Assembly: GCA_963769025.1 (NCBI GenBank)
Contig: CAVYKI010000003.1
Span: 448,001-512,000, forward strand
Origin: an uncultured Verrucomicrobiae bacterium
GTDB lineage: Bacteria > Verrucomicrobiota > Verrucomicrobiia > Chthoniobacterales > Chthoniobacteraceae
Reading direction: 5' to 3'
Length of the DNA: 64,000 bases
Shown here: positions 53,774 through 64,000 of the stretch, piece by piece
Position numbering within the stretch: position 1 is the first letter of the stretch
Layout: the number at the start of each line of letters is the position of its first letter
Position numbers and translations under genes: made by a program
Notes under the pieces: model-generated
Database searches by the model: none
What the model saw: the letters and a program-made list of their open reading frames with translations, nothing else
What the model was told of the DNA's origin: nothing

Positions 53774-55549
53774 GTGCCGAGGTTTGCCGAGCGGTAGAGC
53801 TGCGCGTAGCGTCCGCCACGCTCGACGAGTTCGGGGCCTTTGCCTTCCTCCAGCACGGTGCCGTCGCCGAGCACGACGATCTTATCCACCCGGTGCACGG
53901 TCGCGATGCGATGCGTGATGATGAGCGTGGTGCGTCCGCGCATGAGTTCCTCGAGCGTGGTCATGATGGCGGCCTCGGTCGTCGGGTCGAGTGCGCTGGT
54001 CGGCTCGTCGAGGATGAGGATCGGCGCGTTCTTCAAAAATGCGCGTGCGATGCCGATGCGCTGACGCTGGCCGACGCTGAGATGGCCGCCGCGTTCGCCG
54101 ACCTGGCTGCGGTAGCCGTCGGGCATCTCGGTGATGAAGTCGTGCGCCTGCGCGCGCTTCGCGGCCTCGATGATTTCCTCCTCGGTCGCGTCGGGGCGGC
54201 CGTAGGCGATGTTCTCGCGCACGGTCGTGGAGAAGAGCAGCGTGTCCTGGAGCACGATGCTGATGTGGTTGCGGAGCGACTTCTTGGTGAACTCGCGAAG
54301 GTCGTGCCCGTCAATCAGCACGCGGCCCGCGGTCGGATCGTAGAAACGCGGCACGAGCGAGAGCAGCGTGCTTTTTCCCGCGCCGGTGCCGCCGACGAAT
54401 GCGACCGTCTGCCCCGGCTCGATACGCACATTCACCCGCTGCAAAATGGGACGATCTGCGCTGTAGCCAAACGCCACATCCTCGAACACGAGTTCACCGC
54501 GCGTCTCGGTGAGTGTCTTCGCATCGGGTGCGTCGGGCACGTCGTTTTGCCGGTCGAGCACCTCGAAGCAGCGCTGCACGCCCGCCGCCGCGCCCTGCAG
54601 CGCCCATGCGATGTGCGTGAGCGCTTCGAGCGGCTGGTAGAGCATGAGCAGCAGCGTGCTGAGAGTACCAGATCTGCCCGATGGTGAGCGTGCCCTCCAT
54701 CACGTGCCGGGCACCGACGTAGAACATCGCCGCCGAACTCGCCGCGATGAGCGTGCCGACAAGCAGCGCGCTTTTCATCGAGGTCGCGTTCAGCCGCAGG
54801 TTTGCCTCGAGGCTGCCGTGTGCGCGCTTTTTGAACTGCCCCACCTCGTGCTCCTCGCGGCCGAATGCCTGCACCATTTTCACCGAGCTGAGCCCCTCCT
54901 GCGCGACCATGAGCACGCCGCTCTCCTGCTCGGCGATCTCGGTCGAGTGGTCGCGGATGCGTTTTGCGTAGAGGTAAATCGCGAGCACCATGAACGGCAC
55001 CACGAGCAGCGAGAGCAGCGCGATCTGCCAGTCGAACGCCCACATCGTGGCGAACGTCGCGACGAGCGTGATCGTGCTTTGGAAAATGAAGAACCACTTG
55101 CTGTACACCGCCTGGATGCTCTGCGAGTCGTAGGCCACGCGGAAGCTGCTGTCCGCGCTGCGGCGCTCATCGTGGAATTTCAGCGGGAGCGACTGGAGAT
55201 ACGCGTACAGCTCCGTGCGCAGCCGCAGCAGCGAGTGCAGGCTCACGCGTAGCGTCATGATGCTCGTGAGATAGCCGATGCCGCCGGCGAGGATGTGCAG
55301 GATCACCATGAGCCCGCACACCGCCGCGAGGATCGCCGGGAGGCTCCACGCGCCGAGATCGTATCCCCAGATGGAAAGCCCGCGGCCATCGGCGTGCGCG
55401 GAAGCAGGGAGCAGCTTGTCCACGATGAAGGCGAGCGGCCACGGGCGCAGCAGATTGAACGCATTCGCCACGAGCGTCAGCGCCATCGCCCCGGCGGTCG
55501 GCCCGAGGTAGGGACGGAAATAGGCAAACGCTCGGCGATGGACGGACAT
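53770..55549 (-). CDS. ABC exporter, fused permease/ATPase (MsbA/MdlB-like; indel ~54655)
   Basis: TM domain followed by GGTGAGKST, LSVGQRQRIGIARA, ILDEPTSALD, ITHR. Confidence 0.9.
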
Positions 55550-55617
55550 TCGTGCGGATAGGATCACGTCCGGGGCGCCCTTGGCAATCGCGGAGGCGGT
55601 GAAGGCGTGCCTTAATT

Positions 55618-55689
55618 GAACCACGGAGATCACGGAGAGCGCGGAGCCCGAATCAATCCTCTCCTCGTCCTCCGTAAACTCTGTGGTTC
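55618..55689. repeat. 9-mer (CACGGAGA) palindromic repeat element
   Basis: gaaccacggagatcacggagagcgcggag ... ctccgtaaactctgtggttc. Confidence 0.7.
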
Positions 55690-55776
55690 GGTAAAAACGC
55701 GAGTTTCAGCAGCTTGCGCTTCCCGTTGCGATTCGCGGTTGATTGATGCGCGGCGCTCGGCTACGAGCACGGCCAA

Positions 55777-56364
55777 ATGATTGCCGGACTCGTTCTCTTC
55801 GCCGCCGTAGTTGTGTTTCGCCTGCTGCCCGTCTTCCTCGGGATGACGGTGCACCAGCCTGGGTGGCTGCCGAATTTCTCGCCCATGGCGGCGCTCTGCC
55901 TGTGCGGCGCGGCGTTCCTCCCGCGGCGACTCGCCATCGCGGTGCCGCTCGTGGCGCTGCTCGGCACGGACCTCGTGCTGAACGCGCACTTCGGCTTCCC
56001 GCTTTTCACGATCGAGTTTTTTGCAAAGACGGTTGCCTTCGCCGCCGTGATCGCGCTCGGCTGGAAGCTGCGGAAGAGCGCCCGCCCCGGTGTGATTCTG
56101 CCCGCCGTGCTCGGCGGTTCGCTGTTCTTCTACATCGCGACCAACACGGCCTCCTGGCTCTACGAGCCAGGCTACGCAAAGTCCGCCGCCGGCTGGCTGC
56201 AGGCGATGACGACCGGTCTCCCCGGCTTCCCGCCGACGTGGGTTTTCTATCGCAACACGCTCGCAGGCGACGTGCTCTTCGCCGCGCTCTTCCTCGCGTG
56301 CATGCACTGGAGCCGCCGGCCCTCGGCGGCGGCTGCGCCCGATCCGGTCGGAGCGATCCGCTAG
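55777..56364 (+). CDS. DUF6580-like membrane protein (putative solitary ECF S-component-type transporter)
   Basis: FRLLP..PNFSPMAA, SLFFYIATN..W, GLP..FYRNTLAGD; about six TM segments. Confidence 0.65.
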   Translation: MIAGLVLFAAVVVFRLLPVFLGMTVHQPGWLPNFSPMAALCLCGAAFLPRRLAIAVPLVALLGTDLVLNAHFGFPLFTIEFFAKTVAFAAVIALGWKLRKSARPGVILPAVLGGSLFFYIATNTASWLYEPGYAKSAAGWLQAMTTGLPGFPPTWVFYRNTLAGDVLFAALFLACMHWSRRPSAAAAPDPVGAIR

Positions 56365-56403
56365 CGCGGAGCGTCGCAGCTTTCGGATGCTGCGCTCTTA
56401 GCC

Positions 56404-56480
56404 GAACTCTGTTCGCAATCCTGTTCCCGAACGCCGTCTGCACGGCCCGGGATTAGGATTCAGATTGCGAATAAGATGAA
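56404..56480. repeat. Degenerate hexamer inverted repeat
   Basis: ttcgcaatcct ... gattaggattcagattgcgaataagatgaa. Confidence 0.5.
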
Positions 56481-56507
56481 GTGGGAAATCACGGCTGAGG
56501 CCAGCCA

Positions 56508-56536
56508 TTGACGCCACGTCGAAGGGCCACCATATT
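56508..56536 (+). promoter_or_regulatory. Putative sigma70 promoter of lepA
   Basis: TTGACG-N17-CATATT, 27 nt before the ATG. Confidence 0.5.
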
Positions 56537-56563
56537 CCGCCCCCTTTTTTCCAAAGACTCTCC

Positions 56564-58366
56564 ATGCCGGCAAACACGCGCAATTTCTGCATCATCGCCC
56601 ACATCGACCACGGCAAGACAACCCTGTCTGACCGCCTGCTCGAATTCACCGGGACGATCCAAAAGCGCGAATCGCAGGAGCAGCTCCTGGATGCGATGGA
56701 TCTTGAACGCGAGCGCGGCATCACCATCAAGGCGCATCCCGTCCGCATGATGTACAAGGCGCGCGACGGAAAGGTGTACAAGCTCAATCTCATGGACACG
56801 CCGGGGCACGTGGACTTCGCCTATGAAGTCTCGCGTTCGCTCGCGGCGTGCGAAGGTGCGTTGCTTATCGTGGACGCGGCGCAGGGCGTCGAGGCGCAGA
56901 CGGTGGCGAATGTCCACCTCGCCGAGAAGCAGAAGCTCAAGCTGATCCCGGTGATCAACAAAATCGATCTTCCGAACTCCGACCTGCCCAGCGTGTGCCG
57001 GCAGCTCGAAGAGATCCTCGCGATTCCCGCGGAAGAGGCGATCCTCGCGAGCGCGAAGCAGGGCATCGGGATCGAGGACATCCTTGAGGCCGTCATCGCG
57101 CGCATCCCCGCGCCGCCGGACAACCGCAACGAACGCCTGCGCGCACTCGTGTTCGATTCGACCTTCGACACCTACCGCGGAGTGGTCGTGTACGTGCGCG
57201 TCGTGGATGGCGCGATCAAGGCCGGCGACATGGTGCGCCTCATGGCGACGAACAGCTCTTACGAGGTGAAGGAGGTCGGCATCTTCCGTCCGCAGACCCC
57301 GAAATTTGTGCCGCAGGACGAACTCGGGCCCGGCGATGTCGGCTATGTGATCGCAAACATGAAGACCGTCACCGAAGTGAAAGTTGGCGACACGCTCACG
57401 GCCACACGCCTGCCGGCGACCGAGCCGCTGGCGGGATTCCAGGAACTGCAGCCGATGGTCTTCAGCGGCATCTACCCGATCAACACGGCGGACTTCGAGC
57501 ACCTCAAGGCCGCGATGGGCAAGCTCCAGCTCAATGACGCAGCGTTCCATTTCATGGCGGAAAGTTCCGTCGCGCTCGGCTTCGGTTTCCGCTGCGGTTT
57601 CCTCGGGCTGCTGCACATGGAGATCGTGATCGAACGTCTGAAACGCGAGTTCAACATGGACATCATCGCCACGTATCCGTCGGTCATTTACGAGGTGGTG
57701 AAGACAAATGGCGAAATCATCCGCGTGGACAATCCGGAGAATCTCCCCGACCCGTCGGTCATCGAGGAAATGCGCGAGCCCATCGTGCGCTGCTTCATCA
57801 TGATCCCGAACGAATTCATCTCGCCGATGCTCCAGCTCATCATGGACAAGCGCGGCCTCGTGGATCACACGGAGACGCTCGACCCGCGCCGCGTCATGCT
57901 CAGCGTGGATCTCCCGCTGAATGAAATCCTCGTGGATTTCGTGGACAAGATGAAGAGCATCACCCGCGGCTACGGATCGATGGACTACGAGCATGCCGGC
58001 TACCGCGCCGACAAACTCGTGAAGCTCGACATGCTCGTGAACGGCGAAATCGTGGACGCATTTTCCTGCATCGTGCATCGCGACAAGGCCGACAGCCGCG
58101 GCCGTGCGCTCGCCGCGAAGCTCAAGGAAGTCATCCCCACGCAGCTTTTCCAGATCGCGATCCAGGCCGCCATCGGCGGGAAAATCATCGCCCGCGAGAG
58201 CGTGAGCGCGATGCGGAAAAACGTGACGGCCAAGTGCTACGGCGGCGACATTTCGCGCAAGCGCAAGCTCCTCGAAAAGCAGAAGGAGGGAAAGAAGCGC
58301 ATGAAGGCCATCGGCAACGTGAACATCCCGCAGGAGGCGTTCATCGAGGTGCTGAAGACGAACTGA
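56564..58366 (+). CDS. lepA: Elongation factor 4
   Basis: [57 protein letters not shown]; intact 600 aa. Confidence 0.98.
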   Translation: MPANTRNFCIIAHIDHGKTTLSDRLLEFTGTIQKRESQEQLLDAMDLERERGITIKAHPVRMMYKARDGKVYKLNLMDTPGHVDFAYEVSRSLAACEGALLIVDAAQGVEAQTVANVHLAEKQKLKLIPVINKIDLPNSDLPSVCRQLEEILAIPAEEAILASAKQGIGIEDILEAVIARIPAPPDNRNERLRALVFDSTFDTYRGVVVYVRVVDGAIKAGDMVRLMATNSSYEVKEVGIFRPQTPKFVPQDELGPGDVGYVIANMKTVTEVKVGDTLTATRLPATEPLAGFQELQPMVFSGIYPINTADFEHLKAAMGKLQLNDAAFHFMAESSVALGFGFRCGFLGLLHMEIVIERLKREFNMDIIATYPSVIYEVVKTNGEIIRVDNPENLPDPSVIEEMREPIVRCFIMIPNEFISPMLQLIMDKRGLVDHTETLDPRRVMLSVDLPLNEILVDFVDKMKSITRGYGSMDYEHAGYRADKLVKLDMLVNGEIVDAFSCIVHRDKADSRGRALAAKLKEVIPTQLFQIAIQAAIGGKIIARESVSAMRKNVTAKCYGGDISRKRKLLEKQKEGKKRMKAIGNVNIPQEAFIEVLKTN

Positions 58367-58386
58367 GGCTGAACGCTCCAGCAGTT

Positions 58387-58521
58387 ATCCGCAGATTGCG
58401 CAGATTTTCGCAGAGGAAGACCCGCAGAATCCACCGCAGGCAGCGATGCAAACGGCACGCCGAATCAAGAGGGCCAGCCCCTTTTCTTCTGAATCTGCGC
58501 CAATCTGCGAAATCTGCGGAT
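58387..58521. repeat. ~135-bp palindromic dispersed element, copy 2
   Basis: atccgcagattgcgcagattttcgcaga ... tctgcgccaatctgcgaaatctgcggat. Confidence 0.82.
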
Positions 58522-58603
58522 TCACCTGCCTAGTTCCAAATCCTCTCCGAGCACGACTGGCTTGCCAGCGCGTCCGCACACGGCATCTTCGCCGCCCGCT
58601 TTT

Positions 58604-61536
<2,933 letters not shown>

Positions 61537-61612
61537 AAAACGCCTGACTGTGGAGCGCTCCCCGAGGCTCCGCCCGCTTGCTTCGCCGTTCCATCGCGTT
61601 ACAAACGCCCGC

Positions 61613-62606
61613 ATGAAAATTCTCCTCCCGCTACTGGCCCTGCCGGCTTTCGCGTTTGGCGTTGATGCGCCGGAATTCAAAGGCTCCATCGAGCGATTCG
61701 ACGCCGCGTTCGACAAGCTCGTCGCGCCCGGCACAAAGATCGAGAGGCTCGCCGGCGACTTCAAGTGGTCCGAGGGGCCGGTGTGGCTCGGTGACGGCAT
61801 CGTCTTTTCCGACGTGCCGATGAACATCGCTTACCGCTGGAAGGATGGCATGGCGAACGCCGAGGTGTTTCTCCAACCGAGCGGCGCGACCGGTGAACCC
61901 GCGAGCGCCCGTCCGCAGGGCAGCAACGGACTCGCGCGCGACGCGAAGGGACAACTGATCCTCTGCCAGCACGGCGACCGCCGCGTGGCGCGGATGACTG
62001 CGCCGGGGACGTTTGAGACCATCGCGGACAAATTCGACGGCAAGCGCTTCATCGTCGCCGAACGACCTCGCGATCCGGAAGAACGGCGACATCTACTTCA
62101 CCGATCCGCCGTACGGACTGAACGGGCTGAATGCTTCGCCGATGAAGGAGATTCCGTTCAACGGCGTCTATCGCGTGACACCCGACGGCAAAGTGACGCT
62201 GCTCACGAAGGATCTCACCTTTCCAAACGGCATCGCCTTTTCGCCCGACGAGAAGATCCTCTACGTGGCGATCAGCGATCCGAAACACACCCGCGTCGCG
62301 GCATTCGACGTGAAGGATGACGGCACGATTGCAAACGAGCGGACGTTTTTCGACGCGGAGGCGGTGAAGAAACCCGGCCTCAAGGGTGCGTGCGACGGCC
62401 TGAAAACGGACGCGGACGGCAACGTCTGGACCACCGGTCCCGGCGGCGTGCTCGTGGTTTCGCCCGAGGGAAAGCTGCTCGGGCGCATCAATACCGGACA
62501 GCCGACGGCGAACTGCAACTGGGGCGGCGACGGCTCCACGCTCTACATCACGGCGAACATGTTCCTCGTCCGCGTGAAGACGCTGACGAAGGGCGCGGGC
62601 TGGTAA
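61613..62606 (+). CDS. Secreted SMP-30/gluconolactonase family protein (indel ~62052)
   Basis: WSEGPVW, FSDVP, GSNGL, PNDL, FTDPPYGL, PNGIAFSPDE, DGLKTD. Confidence 0.9.
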
Positions 62607-62633
62607 CCAACCCATCACCTCGATCCCGAATCC

Positions 62634-63260
62634 ATGAAAACACTGCTCACCGCCCTCCTGGGCCTCACCGCAAACTGCCTCGCGGCAACGACCGTCGAGG
62701 TCTCCGTGAAATTCGCCGACGTACCGGCAGGCACCGAGGTGCCCTCGAAGCCGGAATTGCTGGCGAAGACGAAGGGCATCGACGTGCTCAGTACGCCGCG
62801 CGTCACCACACTCCCCGGAAAAAGCGCGACCATCGAAGTGGTTCAGGAACTTGCCGCGCCCGACGGTTCGGCGACCCCGCTCGGCGTGACGCTGACGATC
62901 AAGCCGTCGCTCACGGAGAAGGGCTCGATCGCGTTCAGCGGCAAGGCGACCGACCGCTTCAAGCACGGCCAGCGCGCCGGGGAATCGCTGTCTGTCCTCT
63001 CATGCGTCGCGCGCGAGATTTACTTCAAAGGCGTGACGACGAGCGGCTCCACGGTCGTCCTCAAGGGTGGCCCCACCACGGCCTCCACGACGAAGAAGGA
63101 CGACACGACCGTGGTGAAAAACCGCGATCTGGTGATCTACCTGACGTTCAAGAAAATCACGTCCGAGCCGGTGAAGAAAAAACCGACCCCCACGACGAAG
63201 TCCACGAAGTCCGCAAAACCGTCCACATCGGCGACGAAGAAGAAGTCCTCGAAGAAGTAG
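62634..63260 (+). CDS. Small exported protein with a secretin-like segment and Lys/Ser/Thr-rich tail
   Basis: Signal peptide; VLSTPRVTTLPGKSATIEV..GVTLTIKP..TVVLKGG..RDLVIYLT. Confidence 0.55.
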   Translation: MKTLLTALLGLTANCLAATTVEVSVKFADVPAGTEVPSKPELLAKTKGIDVLSTPRVTTLPGKSATIEVVQELAAPDGSATPLGVTLTIKPSLTEKGSIAFSGKATDRFKHGQRAGESLSVLSCVAREIYFKGVTTSGSTVVLKGGPTTASTTKKDDTTVVKNRDLVIYLTFKKITSEPVKKKPTPTTKSTKSAKPSTSATKKKSSKK

Positions 63261-63291
63261 CCGGACTCAATCGGCAGCCGCGCGGCCTCGA

Positions 63292-64000
63292 TCAAAAAAC
63301 CTCGGGCCGGCCTTCGAGCATCACCGCCACCTTTTCGCTCAGCCCGCAGCGACGCGCGCCGACGAGCAGGCGGCGCAGCGGTTCCTCCATCGGCTCGTAA
63401 CTCAGGCGGAAGCTGCCGTAGTGCATCGGCACGAATGTCTTTGCGCCGAGATCCGCGAACGCGCGCAGCGCCTCCTCGGGATTCATGTGGACCTCGCGCC
63501 CGCTCGGCGGATCGTACGCGCCGATGGGCAGCAACGCCACGTCCACATTGAAGCGCTTTGCGATCTCCTTGAACCCACCGAAATACGCCGTGTCCCCGCA
63601 GTGGTAGATCGTCCGCCCTTCGTGCTCGATGATGAAGCCGCCGAACCCGCGGTGCGAATCGTGCAGCACCCGCGCTCCCCAGTGCGCGCAGGGCGTGAGC
63701 GTCACCGTCAGCGGGCCGAGCTTGTAGCTTTCCCAATAGCCCAGTTCGTGGACGCTGCGGAAGCCGAGGTCATGCACGAGATTCCCGACTTCAAACGGCA
63801 CGACGATCGGCTGGTCCGCGGCGACCTGACGCAGCGTCTTGCGGTCGAGGTGATCGAAATGCGCGTGCGTCACGAGCACGAGGTCGATGTCCGGCAGTTC
63901 GTGCAGATGCATGCCGGGCATCTTCAGCCGCTTCACGACCTTCAGCCAGCGCGCCCAGTTCGGATCCACGAGCACGTTGTGTTTCCCGAATTGCAGCAGG
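63292..64000 (-). CDS. MBL-fold metallo-hydrolase (NAPE-PLD/RomA-like), 5'-truncated
   Basis: LVDP, THAHFDHLD, HWG, YHCGDT, LPIGAY, HMNPEEA, PMHYG. Confidence 0.9.
   Translation of the reverse strand, partial: LLQFGKHNVLVDPNWARWLKVVKRLKMPGMHLHELPDIDLVLVTHAHFDHLDRKTLRQVAADQPIVVPFEVGNLVHDLGFRSVHELGYWESYKLGPLTVTLTPCAHWGARVLHDSHRGFGGFIIEHEGRTIYHCGDTAYFGGFKEIAKRFNVDVALLPIGAYDPPSGREVHMNPEEALRAFADLGAKTFVPMHYGSFRLSYEPMEEPLRRLLVGARRCGLSEKVAVMLEGRPEVF

Overview
GC-rich chromosomal window, probably from a Verrucomicrobiota (PVC group) bacterium; this is inferred from DUF1552/DUF1592, DUF1549/DUF1553/DUF1501 and many secreted hypothetical proteins. Many genes carry 1-2 nt indels that look like long-read consensus errors. 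Layout: (1) end of the ATP synthase operon, atpA'GDC, 1-3405. (2) A convergent ~18 kb nitrate-assimilation cluster on the minus strand (3480-21369): NasS-like sensor, NrtABCD-type ABC importer, outer-membrane porin, NarK-type MFS, PP2C-Ser/Thr kinase fusion, CysJ-like diflavin reductase, NirA, and an unusual four-gene nitrate reductase module (NarI-like cytochrome b, Nas/Nap-type Mo subunit, DmsB-like Fe-S protein, Rieske protein), with a divergent LysR. (3) A ~24 kb block of mostly exported enzymes of unknown substrate. (4) An octaheme-HEAT-TPR cytochrome, purC, DUF1549/1553-DUF1501, an ABC exporter, lepA, valS, a gluconolactonase, a small secretin-like protein and a truncated MBL hydrolase. 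Most notable findings: the membrane-linked nitrate reductase module; a 31-bp LysR-type operator at identical spacing from a sigma54-like box at both nitrate promoters, with no NasT in the window; a shared N-terminal helix on NirA and the CysJ-like protein; and a REP doublet inside the valS coding sequence. No rRNA, tRNA, CRISPR array or transposase was seen.
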